DNA of 64,000 bases from the human T2T-CHM13v2.0 reference genome, Homo sapiens. The translations under genes and the position numbers were made by a program. Every line of letters begins with the position of its first letter. Positions within the stretch are counted from its first letter, which is position 1. Of this stretch, positions 42,173 through 57,510 are shown in pieces. The notes beneath the pieces are model-generated. The model was not told where the DNA came from. It was given only the letters and a program-made list of their open reading frames with translations, and did no database searches. The stretch lies in assembly GCF_009914755.1 (NCBI RefSeq), contig NC_060947.1. The stretch is one strand, 5' to 3'.

Positions 42173-42576
42173 TTTACACTCACCAGACTATGGAGGAAGC
42201 ATCACCAGACCGGGAAGCAACAGCCTGGGCTCCAGAGTCTGCCGCCTGTCCGTGCACAGACTAGGAGAGGTCTCATGAAGCTTCCGCACGGTCTGGGACC
42301 CTAGCTCTTTTTGTAACAAGTTGTTTGGCATGAGGCCCAGTCACGGGGGCCCTTCATAACTGGGCTCAAGGAATACAAAAAGGTCAACCCGTTTTTGTGA
42401 TTGTCTGTTGTTTTTCAATAACTAACATACAGGAATAGATTGAAATAGAGATTTCTCCCAAACAGCGCTGGAGGAATGCCTCAAGGGGCTTAGACAACCT
42501 GTTCCAGGACTTGGTGACCATTGTTTGTGTCCACGTTCAATTGAGTTCAAATTTAATATTTAACTTTTCCTCCACA
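42009..42576 (-). repeat. 5' LTR (LTR66-like)
   Basis: TGTGGAGGAAAAGTTAAATATTAAATTTGAACTC start on minus; followed by PBS. Confidence 0.92.
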
Positions 42577-43841
42577 GGGGAAAAGTCTTATCTTTTGTTT
42601 TAAGTCACCGCCAACTTTCCTGTTTTCTGAACATTGATCTAACAAATGCATATTCCAATTAATAACATAAATAAAATGGAGAAAATACATTGATAGTACA
42701 TTTTTTTGGTGAAATTTCAGTATTCCATCACAAGGGAGACTATCACATTTAATATATAAATGAGAGAAAGTCATTACTTTGTACTTCATTTATGTGATAC
42801 TTCACTAGTTAAGTTAGTATCATTACAGACATATTTAATGAATTATTTAGAATCCACAAATATGCATATAAATGAGGATGGCTCTAAATTAAGCAAATAT
42901 TAAAATTTAAATTATTAAGATATGCAACCTCTTATTGACTTTATAAAAGTTAAATTGTTGACTGCCATTAAATTTTATGGTTATTTTTCTGAAAATATAG
43001 CATATGGTACATACACCCAGTGGTGGGAGATTTTCTCCCTCTTGATTTTTTTTTCTTTAACTGTTCTAACAAAATATTATGTGCCGTGGGGTTTCCTTTT
43101 TATTCTCAGAACAGCTATATTGTAAGTTTTCCCTTCCTCTGTCTAAATTCTTCTGGGCCAGGCATGTTGACCTTAGTTTCAGTCTGGTATTGAAATGCTC
43201 CTGTAAACTGTATCATCACGAGTTTATTAGGTGAGTTCATAGAGCAAGTTGGAAGGATGAGGTTATAAATGAATTAGAGTCCATCACAATAAGTGGATGT
43301 GGTAGCTTTCTGGAACCTGTAATGGAATAACACAATGGAAAATAGTTTGCATTTTTTGTGTATGTTTATTTTCCCTAATTATTTTTTAACATACACTGTA
43401 TTATAGAAGTAATAGATGTTTACTGCAGAAAATTAACAAAATTAAAACAGTCAAAATATTCATTTTTTCTCTCATATTTTTGGGCATGATATATGTAATA
43501 TTGTAACTAATATAATACACAAGAAATATGTAATTTTATACTTTTCCCGGTTTTGACTACTATAATTAAATTGAAAGAAAATGCTTGCTGTCAAAAATAG
43601 TGAACACTGTTCTTAACTCTTTCCTTGACAGAATTATTTAAAACAACACTGAAAGTATTCATCACAAAGAGAAACATGAACACATTTAATTCTGTTAGAA
43701 TTACAAATTTTTTCAAGCAGAATATATCATGAAAGAAAGGAAGGCAGTTATAAACTGGGGAAAGTATTTTCAAACAGATTGTAACAATTACGTTAGTATT
43801 TTACATATAAAGTTTTAAAACTTTAAATACTTAAAAGTCTT

Positions 43842-44172
<331 letters not shown>

Positions 44173-44986
44173 CTAACACTAGTTATTATTAATTTCAGTT
44201 TTCCTTATGAAGACCTTTCTAACGTTAAGTAATATATTTAAAAATCCAATTGTTAATTTAACCATTTTAAACCTCATTCATTGGCTCTTCATAATATAAA
44301 AAATTGAACATTAGGAATCTAGGTTTTTAAATCTCTGGTGGGAATAAATACATTATTACAAAGATTTTTAGATTTTCGTCCTTTATATGCGGTTCTGTAT
44401 ATATGCGTGTAAGTCTCTTACATTTTGTAAGTTAATTCTAAAAATCAAAGTCAAATGCATCTGTTATGGTTTGATTTATGGGTCTATAAAAACTTGATAG
44501 GTTAGAACTCCAAGGAAGAAAATACAATTTTGATAAAGGTACACAATTGAAAAAAATTGTATCCTTCACAACAGATGTGGGCAGTCAACTTTTAGACCTT
44601 GTGTCTTTAGTTTGACCTGTCCTTCAGTGAGTGTATATAAAATTCTAAGCTAAAACATATTTTCTGAAATTGTGAAGGTATTGCATGTCTATCTTCTTGC
44701 CTACTCTAAATATATCAATCGTTTTCTTGGGAAGTTAGTCTTTCTTTCACACTTGTCTGTAGATCTTTACATGTTCTTTCAGTTTTGGAAGTCCTCTGCA
44801 TATTTAATATTTGTTAGTATTTGTAAAGGTTTTCTTCCTGTCTACCTCCTTCTTGTTCTCTCTCTCTCTCTCTCTCTCTGTTGCTCTCTCTTGCTCTCTC
44901 TCCACCCCCCTGTCTCTTTATCTCTCTCCTCTCTGTTTCTAAAAATTCAACCTAAAACTTTCAATATTTATTTAGGAAATAGAAAG

Positions 44987-45287
44987 TTTTTTTTTTCTTT
45001 TCCCTTTTCTTTTTTCTTTTTTTGTTTTTGAGACAGGATCTCAATCTTGCCCGGGCTGGAGTACAACCTCCATCTCCCGGGCTTAAGCAATCCTCCCGCC
45101 TCAGCCTCCTGAGTAGCTGGGATTACAGGCGTGTGCCACCATGCCTGGCTAGTTTTTTGGTATTTTTGGTAGAGATGTGATCTCTCCATGTTGCCCAGGC
45201 TGGTCTCTAACTCCTGAGCTCAAGCAATCTGTCCACCTCAGCCTCCCAAAATGCTGGGATTGCAGGCGTGAGTCACCGTGCCTGGTC
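44987..45287 (-). mobile_element. Alu with small internal deletion
   Basis: CTGGAGTAC joined to AACCTCC. Confidence 0.92.
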
Positions 45288-45737
45288 AGAAAGCTTGTTT
45301 TGTTGTTGTTGTTGTTGTTGTTGTTTTGTTTTTTGTTTTTTTTTTCTAATTTCCATTTTTTTCTACTTTTTTCTGGTAAGACGGTTATTTAACTTCCTAG
45401 ATCTGCTTTCCTTTTCTTTTTTAATCATTTTCCTCACATTTTCTATAACTTGTCTATTTTTGATTAATATATTGCTAAATGTCCTTTATATCATATTTAA
45501 AGAGGTACAACTTGTCCTATTTCTTAATTTCTCTATATTTAAAAAAGAAATAGTCTTATTTCAGATTTCTACAATGATTGCTAGTTTTTTTTTTTATTGT
45601 TGTGATTTCTAGAAATTTGTCCTTGGCTAACAGTTTCTTAATAGCTTGAAATTGCCTAAGAACATACAAAAATAATTTTTTTATTTAATTTCTTTTTTGT
45701 TACTAAGAATATGTGTTATTTTTTAAACTTTAGTCTT

Positions 45738-46052
45738 CTTTTTTTTTCTTTTTTTTTTTTTTTCTTTTTTGAGCAGAGTCTTTGTGTGTTGCCCAGGCTG
45801 GAGGGCAGTGGTGCAATCTTCATTGCAGGCTGGAAATCCTGGACTCAAGCGATCCTCCCACTTCAGCCTCCCAAGTAGCTGGGACTACAGGTGCATTCCA
45901 TCACATCTGGCTAATTGTCAAATATTTTTTTTGTAGAGTAGGGTCTTCCTCTGTTACCCAGGCTGGTCTCAAACTCCTTGGCTCAAGCAATCTTCTTGCC
46001 TCTACTTCCCAACGTGTTGAGACTACAGACATGGGCCATGGCACCCAACCAC
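45738..46052 (-). mobile_element. Alu (AluJ-like)
   Basis: Diverged full-length reverse Alu. Confidence 0.92.
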
Positions 46053-49000
46053 TTTTGTACTCTTGAGGTTCCTCTTTCCAGTTTTGTTTTCCCTGCCTGA
46101 TGGGGTCCTATCCATGTTTGAATTCTCAACTCAGACTTCACTATTTGGTGACTTTGCTTGCATACTTTTCTACCTCCTTTCTGTTCTACCCCATAGTATC
46201 TTACATATAGTATCTATCCATAGTATCCCACACATGCCCATTAAACAAATGGCAACATTTCATTAAGGGTGCTGTTACATAATATTTTTACCCCAACTAC
46301 ACTGAGTGCCTTGATGTAACATGTCTAATTTCATCTTTAGAGGTTAGTGAACTACGTTGAGTACAACTGTTTTGCTATAAATGCTGTCCCATGCTGTTGA
46401 CTCCCATGGTCTGCCATATTTAAATGATTGCATTTTCTAAGCAGGTTCATATTCATTTTATTGTATCTATGACTCTCACAAGACCATTTGCTTATTCATT
46501 CATATTTCTCACAGAAAGAATAAAATAGTAACCTGTAACCAGAACATTATTTTGCTGACTGCTAAATGTGTCATATTTAGAAGCCTATGGAAGGAAAATT
46601 ACTTCTGCTGATTCCCGATGCTATATTTATATGTGCATCTCTGAATATGAGCATATATATTTATATATATGTATATTTGCTCATTGCATGTGCTTGATAA
46701 ATAGCTTTAAATGAATAAATGCAATAATTACTGAAGCCAGTAAAACATTTAAGAAAACAGATTCTTATAAATTTCTTGGAATGAGAAAACCAGAATAGAA
46801 ATAACCAGTGATTCAAGTAGGAAACACTAAAACTCATTAATCTCTTAGGTTGCTATTCTGTACAATTTTTAATTTTCTTGAAGCTTTGTGTATTTATTTA
46901 CAGGTGTCTTAAATGATATATGCAGTCAAAGCTGTCTGTTATTATAGCTGCTCGAATGTGTGTGACTAATCACTCATATCATAAATTCATTGATACAGAA
47001 TACATGTTTACCAATTAACAGGTTTTTAAGCATTTGTACTCCTTTTTGCCAAACCTCATCAGCTTCTCAACTGGAAATCTTCCTGGACACTTCCTAACTT
47101 TTCACAAGGCTGTGGATTTCAAGTGAATACACAGTTGAAGCTTGGTGATGCTCGTTATAAATAGCAATCACCAAATTCATGCAGTATATGGACTTGCTTA
47201 CTGCCAACTGCCTTCTAGAAATGTTTCCTGCCTTGATTAAAGCAAGACTCTCATATTCTTTTTCTAGCTTTCAGATCCTTTCTCCCCTGTTCTAATTCTC
47301 TTCTCTGTCTGTCTTTGTGTGTGTGTCTGTATATGTATGTGTATGTGTGTGTGTGTGCACATACAATCACTGAGTTTACTAAAATCAAAACTTACACTAC
47401 CAGCCACGTATGTAGTAATAGCAGTCTTTAGCAATATGGGTAATTATGGTCATCCTTTAATATATTGTATGACAGAAGCATATCATATTATATTTCTCTC
47501 TTCCATGGTCAGGCACTTATCTTTCACAGAAACATACTCATAATGGAAAGGAAAAGAAGAATCCTTCTCCAAAACCAACTCCATCCTTGACTGGCCTCTT
47601 CTGTCTGATGGTCAGGGACTGATGAATAAAAAAATAGTTACTCAGTTCTATAGCTGCATATCAGTGTTTTTAAAACTTGAATGTATTTTTATGTGTACTC
47701 ATTTTACTATATAAAATTTTGGAAGTAATTATTTTAGGACAGTTATGAAGGCAGACTATCACAGGTATCCATGTTTTATAAAATTTTAAGGCAAATATGT
47801 CACAGTGACAATCTATGTTTATATCTTTTGCAATTTTAGAGTCCCAAGCAAACATGAACAATAGATAATGCATAACACAAAACCTAACTATCCATTTCTT
47901 TATTACTGTAAGCTATTTAGAATGTCATACTTTATTCAAGTCTTCTCTTATAAATACATTATATAACTTCATTTAGTATTTCACTGTCAAAAATATTCTT
48001 ATTAATGGAGAAACCAAAATCTGATTTTGACATTCTCAAGATAGAATTTTTAAAAATTTTTACTTATTTTTTAAACAATAAAACGGCATACATCAAAGCC
48101 ATAATACTCAACTTAGTTCCTTAAAATAAGTAGGTAATAAATGAAAAATTTTTTATTTCACATTACTTGAATGTATTCTTTATTTTTGTATATTTATTTT
48201 TTCTTCAGAAATACTATTTTAAAATGTATTTATTTTAATCCATGCCCATTTCCCCATAAGAAATTGTATTTCAATATGCAATGAGTGTTTATTGGAAAAG
48301 CCACTCTGATAAAACAACTACAATGGTGAAGTTAATAGGATCCCACAAATGACTCTTTCCAAAGATTGGTGACAGGAGAGTCAATTGGTTAATTCAATTT
48401 AGATCATATGTAAACCCTAGGGATCTGGATGTCTAGTTCTCAGCAATTAATTAATTAAACCCAACTTTATCTGTTGAAGTAAGCTGCATAAGCAGGATTA
48501 TTTATTGATTATATATAATCAAGACAAAAGTAAGCAGCATGAAGACAGAATCATTACGAACCCTTCATTAAACTTATAGTGCATAACTAAAAGCAGGTTA
48601 TTCGATAATTACCTTTTTATAAACTATATTGGCCTTTGAGATTAAAGAGTGGCTAGAGGTACACACTAAATTTGCACAGGTTCTGCATGCTTGGAATTAC
48701 TTATGCAATAATATTTTAAAATGTAATCTTAAATATTTTGATATTTAATAGTGTTTTATATTTTAATCATATTTTAACTTTAAATTAAGTTAATAAATAT
48801 TATATCACTGCATTGAAATAATACTCCTATATGTAAAATTAGAAAATATCCTTTCTCTACCATTTTGGATCAAAGACATAAGGAGGTGAGAAATATCATA
48901 ATAAATATCCATGACAAATAAATAAGTTCACTTAAAGAGTTTATAGGTTACAGGCTTGGACTTTGCCACCAGACAAATACTGGTGCCACTATTTGCTAAA

Positions 49001-49249
49001 TTTGTGTGAAACTCAGCAAGTTAAGCACATTGGGCTTCAGAATAGTCTTTCATAAAATTAGAAAGATATCACTACATATGGAGTGAGGTTTTATGATTTA
49101 ATTTATGGTAAACACTAATGTACAAAGAAAATCAATGCTTTATTAAAATAAAAGGTGTTTATCACAAAAATTACATTTAATAATTACATGCCAAGAGTTT
49201 TTAAAGTCAATTATGCACACATGCATACATACACATACATATGCACATA

Positions 49250-50215
49250 TAAGTAGACACATAGATAATAGATAAATGAAATAGATAGATGATAGATAGA
49301 CATAGATAGGATAGATAGGTATAGACAGGTAAATAGATGGATAGATGGATTGATGGATAGATAGATACATGACAGATTGGTGGGTAGATGGATGGATAGA
49401 TAGGTAGATAGATGATAGATATATAGATGAATAGATGGATGGATGAATAGATAGATTCATCCATCTAGATTCATCCATCTAGATGGATAGATGAATAGAT
49501 GAATGGATGGAGAGATAGATGGGTGAATGGATGGATAGATGATAGATAGATGGGTGAATGGATGAATGGATGGATAGATAGATGAGTAGATGGATGAATG
49601 GATGGGTAGATAGATGGGTAGATGGATGAATGGATGGATAGATAGATGAGTAGATGGATGAATGGATGGGTAGATAGATGGATGGGTAGATGGATGAATG
49701 GATGGATGGATGGATAGGTAGATAGATGGATAGATGGTTGAATGGATGGATGGATGGATATATAGATATATAGATCAATAGATGGATGGATGGGATAATG
49801 GATAGCTAGATGAATAAGTGGATAGATGGATAAATGGATGGATGGATAGACAGATAAATGGATGAATGGTTGAGTAAATGGATTGAGAGATGGATAGACA
49901 TGGAGAGATCAATGAATAGATAGATGAGTGGATGGATAGACAGATGGATAGATAATGGATGGATGGATGAATAGATAGATCGATAGATGGATGAATAGAT
50001 GGATGGATAGATAGATGGGTAGAAGGTTGAATGGATGGATGGATGGATCAATGGATGGATGGCTGAATAAATGGACAGATGGATGGATGGATGGATGGAT
50101 TGATAGATGGACAGACGGAGAGATAGATACACACATATTAACATACATACATATATGCATACATACATAGGTGCATAGATAGGTAAAGATAGATAGATAG
50201 AGATGGGTAGACATA
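49250..50215. repeat. ~1-kb (GATA)n/(GGAT)n complex tetranucleotide repeat
   Basis: Seen directly; includes a ~64-bp higher-order duplication (49561 and 49625). Confidence 0.95.
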
Positions 50216-51204
50216 GTTTTGGTTCAGTATGCTCTGTTCAATAAATTTTTTTTATCAATATTCAGTTATTAAAGAGAACACTCCGTAAGTTAATGTTTCT
50301 TCTTCCAGATTATCATTTTTATATACTTTGTCAAAATATTGATGGAAGTGTCATGTTTTTTCCACTATTAGACTCTGGCCTTGCAGAACTGTGCTGTCTT
50401 GTATTCTGGGTATTTCAGTCTTAAAGAGGAAATTTCCAAATGCCACTTCATTTGACATAAGGGAAAATAAATACATTTTAAAAGTCAAGTGTCAGGAAGA
50501 GAGAGGGAGGCAGAGAGAGAGAGAGAGTTAAAAGACATCTGGGTGATGTGTTTTAGCGGTATTCTGACCTGATTTATAATTGTAAACTGAGAAACCTTTC
50601 AGCTATTCCGCCCAGAGGATTCTAAGTAAGTTGCAAGGCTATGTGATTGTATCGGATTCTGGCTTCCCTCACTCAATTATTTTCAGAGTCCACTGCATTA
50701 TGTGGTTTGTTTGAAAAACCATCAGTTTGGTAATTGACAGACACACACATTTAATGATTGCTTTTATTCTCTTGGTTTTAAAGGGACACATATTAGGACA
50801 TTGTTCTTTGTGTATCAAGGGGTGATTTAGGGGCATGCCATCCTCAAAGAAATTTTAATTTTGAAAAGCACGTTTACCTTGAAAACATGCCCTCTACTCC
50901 TTTGCTTTATTTTTCTCCTTAGCACTTAAATCTACACTATATTTTATATATTTTATTTATTTGAAGTATAGCCATGGCCACCGCAGCAATATAAAGTTGA
51001 TTGTGGCAGAAACATAGTCTGTTTCTTTTCTATTTCACCATCTCTCAGGACGTTAAATATATGCCTTAGCTTGATTTATTCTGGAAAATTTAGCCTTCTC
51101 TCTAATAACCGCTCAACTTCCATGCTATGTATGTCTCTTTGATAACCTCAAAATAAGGACATTGGTGCAGAGAAGCTGCATGTCAGATGTTAATGGATTT
51201 TGTG

Positions 51205-51503
<299 letters not shown>

Positions 51504-51739
51504 TTTAATAGATGTTAAGCCACAGTGCTCAGCCTTTAATAGATATTAATAGAAGAAAAGTTCTTCTCCCAATGATACCTTCCCCTTGAGAGGAAATTTA
51601 TATTTATTGGTGTTTTGCAAGTTTGCCACCAGTTGTATCTTATTTACAGTTGGCTCCAGATAAGATAAAATAAAATATTCATTTATAGCATCTGCCGATT
51701 TTCCATACTCTTATTGCCCTATTTATTTTCACCATTTAT

Positions 51740-52480
51740 TATTATAATATTTTAGTGTGGTAAAATACACATAACATAAAATTTATCATTAGTGGCATGT
51801 AGTACATTCACAATTTGGACAACCATCATCTCCATCGATTTCGACAATACTTTAATCACCCCAAAAGGAGATCCTGTGCCCATTAGCAGTTATTTTATAT
51901 TCCATCTATCCCCACACCCCTAGGCAACCACTAATTTTTTTTCTGTTTCTGTGGATTTGCCCAGTCTTGACATTTCGTATCAGTGGAATTGTACAATCCC
52001 TTTGTGTGTGTGGCTTTTGTGTGTAGCTTCATTCACTGATCATGATGCTTTTAAGGTTCACCTCTGTTGTAGCACAGGGGTCCCCAGGCCCCATACCGGT
52101 CTGTGGCCTGTTAGGAACCGGGCCGCACAGCAGGAGGTGAGCAATTACACGATGGTGAGTTGTAGAATTATTTCATTCTATAGTACAATGTAATAATAAT
52201 GGAAATAAAGTGCACAATCAATGTAATGTGCTTGAATCACCCCCCCCCCACCCCACCATCACCATCCATGGAAAAATTGTCTTCTACAACACCTGTCACT
52301 GCTGCCAAAAAGTTTGGGGACAGTGGATGTTGTATGTGTCAGTGTTCCACTCCTTTCTGCGGCTACAGTGTTGTAGAAAACAATTTGGCGGTACCTCCAA
52401 AACTTAAATATAGAATTACTTTAGGACCCAGCAATTCTACTCTTAGGTATATATTTTAAATAATTGAAAACAAGGGTTCG
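51740..52480 (-). mobile_element. L1MB-like 3' end with an inverted 5' segment
   Basis: GTGGTAAAATACACATAACATAAAATTTA..CCCTAGGCAACCACTAAT on minus; 52365-52478 is L1 in + orientation. Confidence 0.8.
52075..52325. mobile_element. MER1-type hAT-Charlie DNA transposon
   Basis: TIRs CAGGGGTCCCCA / TGGGGACAGTG; GTGGCCTGTTAGGAACCGGGCCGCACAGCAGGAGGTGAGC. Confidence 0.88.
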
Positions 52481-52575
52481 GGCCAGGCACAGTAGCTCAT
52501 ACCTGTAATCCCAGCACTTTGGGAGGTCGAGGTAGGTGGATCATTTGAGGTGAGGGGTTCAAGACCAGCCTGGCC
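52481..52575 (+). mobile_element. Alu left-arm fragment
   Basis: Ends at CAGCCTGGCC where the LTR begins. Confidence 0.92.
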
Positions 52576-53340
<765 letters not shown>

Positions 53341-54296
53341 TATACAAGAACATTTTTTCCATGTGCTTCATACAAGGAAGATGCCAAGTTTTCTGGAAGC
53401 AGGAAGAACAGTTTTCTGGTGACTATTCATCATGTTTTCCTCTTCCGAAGGGGTGTCTCCTTCAGGAGACAGAAAACAAGTCTCTTTGTCATCAATTCTT
53501 CCATCCTGATGTCCACGAATGGACACAGACAACACTAAATAGCTAACAGATGGGAGTTTTGTGCACACAGATAAGTGGCTGTAAGTGTGGGTGATGCAGC
53601 CAAATCAATTTTTAATATTATTTGTAGATTTCTGCAAACTTCAGAAAAGAAGTGTATTGCACTTCTACAAACATATCTATTGATATATAAATAAATCCAA
53701 AGTATGCTTATTTGTCTTACTTATCTGTGAAGGGAAAGTCTTCATAAGGAATGTGAGCAGAAGTTGGGTTCTGTTTGCTACAATCACATAGAGAAATCCC
53801 AGTGCAGGTCTAAGCATGTTTCCAAGAGCTATAACACAATTTCAGAATTATTTTCTTTCTTCTGCAAGTATTGCTATATCCATTTACTTAAACTTATTTA
53901 TTTTGCGTCAAATTTTCTGCAGAATCCAGACAACATCAAATAAGTGCTGTGTCTTAATGGATACATCAGCAGCACAACTTTAGATTGAAACTTTTCTTAG
54001 AAAGCACTGAAACACAGGCTCTCACAGGAGACTTTCAGCACAGAAAATGGCATGTCAACATTGCACTGATATCCTTAGATGGGTCGCATACATATTTTAT
54101 GAATGCACGAAAACAGTCTCACAATAAATTTTAGAGTCATGTTTATTTCATATGCACGTGAACATGGAACCTACGGAAAATTTGCAATTTTCTTTTGATG
54201 CCTGACCAGAATAACCAGTAGGTCAAAGAATGTCATTTACTTGAACCTATGGTTTGGGGGCAGAGGTCTGTGGAGCAGAATATGAAAACACCTGAT

Positions 54297-54592
54297 AGCC
54301 AGGCGCGGCGGCTCACGCCTGTAATCCCAGCACTTTGGGAGGCCGAGGCGGGCGGATCATGAGGTCAGGAGATCGAGACCATCCTGGCTAACACGGTGAA
54401 ACCCTGTCTCTACTAAAAATACAAAAAATTAGCCGGGCGTGGTGGCGGGCGCCTGTAGTCCCAGCTACTCGGGAGGCTGAGGCAGGAGAATGGCGTGAAC
54501 CAGGGAGGCGGAGCTTGCACCACACTCCAGCCTGGGCGACAGAGCAAGACTCCGTCTCAAAAAAAAAAGAAAAAAAAAAAAGAAAAAGAAAA
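54297..54592 (+). mobile_element. Young AluY with right-arm deletion
   Basis: GATCGAGACCATCCTGGCTAACACGG and GGAGAATGGCGTGAACC; most CpGs intact; TSD AAAACACCTGA. Confidence 0.97.
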
Positions 54593-55065
54593 ACACCTGA
54601 GCATGAGCATCCTATAGCAAGACTTAGGACACCACTAAGCCCTGCAGATAATGCAGGAATCTGTAGCTGGAGGGCACTTATTCGTTAATGTAAAAGACTA
54701 AAAGCAACAGGGAAAAAAACATCCAAACATTTGAGGAAAACTGTCCAAAAAATAGAAAATAATTCAGGAGGAAAATGAAGTTATAAACATTCAGAATATG
54801 AAAAGATAGTTAGCCTCTTCCGCCCAGTAGCTTTGCAAACCCCCAAAATGGACAATTTCGTTAAAATAGTAAGAGTTGTTGAAACTGTCACTGAATTTAC
54901 TTAAAATACAATTATTACAATGCTTGTCAAATAAATTCGCAAATCTAGGGACATATCTTTATTTGAATTGTGGAATTATGTTATTTAGATATTATACAGT
55001 TTTAAGAACTAAACTACCTTATGTGAATATCTCACGCATACAGATCAATATTTTATTCTTCTAAG

Positions 55066-55457
55066 TGTTAAATGAAATGTAACCTAAAGCTGCCTCTGTA
55101 CATATTTTAAGCTCAGCCTCAAGGTGTCTCTGTATACAGTGAAGTGCAGCCTAACTAGGTCTGTAAACAGACTAGAACTCACTCTTGTGCCAATCACTGA
55201 CTTTTGGCCAGTCAAAGGCTGCCACCTTTCAAACCATGTTCAAATAAAGCAAAATGCTGAGGTTTCATCAATCCAGGTGTTTGTCTACCTCACTTTCATT
55301 TTCTCTGTCACTTTCCTTTTTCTGTCCATAACTTTGACCTCTATGCAGCCTCAGTCTCTCTGAATCTGTTCTGGTTTGAGAACTGCCCCATCCATGAATT
55401 CTTCTTTGCTAAATTAAACACTTTAAATTTAATTTGTCTAAGGTTTTTCTTTTAACA
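55066..55457 (+). mobile_element. MER57-like ERV1 solo LTR
   Basis: TGTTAAA..CCTAAAGCTGCCTC..ACATATTTTAAG start, TTTTAACA end; flanks TAAG / TGAG. Confidence 0.85.
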
Positions 55458-55599
55458 TGAGTATAATATTATGTCAAATAAAAATGCCTTTGCTATACTG
55501 TATTTGCTCAAAATAAAACTCCAAAAGGTTATTTAAAATCTGCGTATTCGTTTGTGCACAATTACTTTTCCTGGTGATATATTTTCCTAGGTTGTAGAG

Positions 55600-55850
55600 G
55601 CATGCTTCAATTCCAGACAGTGGCACTCCAGATGACCTCTTGAATTGGAATTACTGGGTTCAAATAGCTATCCTGTTCATTAACAACCTATGAAACTGGG
55701 AAAATTACATAGCCTTGTAGGGCTGTACTACCCCAATTTGTAAAATAGAGAAAAGAGTGGTACCTGTTATCCAGGGCAGGTAAAGAAACGAACTGAGACA
55801 ATTTCGTTTACACAGAACAATATCTTGCACATGACATGTGATTTAAAAGC
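55600..55850. mobile_element. MIR fragment
   Basis: CTGGGTTCAAAT..GGGAAAATTACATAGCC..TTTGTAAAATAGAG. Confidence 0.55.
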
Positions 55851-55946
55851 CAGAATCAATAAGAGAGGTAAAATGTATTTGCTCTTGAAGGATCAGTAAA
55901 AGAGACCTTCTGGGGAATGAGATGTGAGATCTGCAAAAGGTAAGAA

Positions 55947-56675
<729 letters not shown>

Positions 56676-57199
56676 TTAAAGTAATCAGTGTGTTAGAAGT
56701 AAATATAATTAGACTTAATGAGGCTGGATATAATTTAAAAAACTGTAAGATCAGAATCTGCCATAATGTAACAAACAAACAAACAAAAAACACGTAAGTA
56801 ACTTAGTGAATATATTCATTCTATTTTTTTTAACTTAAGAGCAGCTGAAATGGTGTGTGAAGCTCTTCATAAGAATTTCCTTGTCTTATGTCCCATATTT
56901 GAATTCCACTTGAAGATCAGACAGGGTTCTCTTTTGCTCTCATGGCCAGGATGCAAGACAAGACATTAACATTTCAGAGAGTTCTACTCTTATTTTAAAA
57001 TATGTAAGATGGTGTAGTTGTATGGTGGGACTATGGACTTCATCTGCACATTTAAAAATACATCCCTTACTAAAAAGGAACCCACTATAATTAGCTGTTA
57101 TAATTCAGATATATAATTGTTTTTTGTCGTATATAAAATTGTATATACTACATGTGTATGTAAGTACGTATTCACAGCTGCCCTCATGTGCTGTTCCTA

Positions 57200-57510
57200 T
57201 ACCCAGTATTCTTTTCCAGCTGCTCTTTGAATGATCGAATCCTTTTAGTTCTTCAGGTCTCTGGTTTATCAGCATTCATAGGTTTGCTATTTGCACTTTA
57301 TCGAACTAGAACTCCATGCCAGCCCTGCAGAGCTGTTTGAATTTCCTAATTATTTGTTTGTTAATTTATTTGTCAATGTCTCTTTGTCCTATTAGGGTAG
57401 AAGGTGCTTTAGAGAAGAGAATTTGTGTTTGTGAGAGCTGCAGAGTCCACGGCTCTGCCTGAATTGCACATCACTTATTCAGTAAATTATGATTGATTGA
57501 ATGATTGTGA
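57200..57510 (+). mobile_element. L2 3' fragment
   Basis: TGTCTCTTTGTCCTATTAG..TTCAGTAAATTATGATTGATTGAATGA. Confidence 0.5.

Larger units (their letters stand above)
38004..42576 (-). mobile_element. Internally deleted endogenous retrovirus, class III (HERV-S/HERVL66-like): 5'LTR-PBS-[gag/pro/RT deleted]-RNaseH-IN-dUTPase-env-3'LTR
   Basis: Two homologous LTRs, flanks GGGGG / GGGGA (likely 5-bp TSD), tRNA PBS, pol and env motifs. Confidence 0.93.

Noticed and set aside
49143-50214. SIHP/SIYL-repeat ORFs
   Set aside because: Tetranucleotide repeat translations
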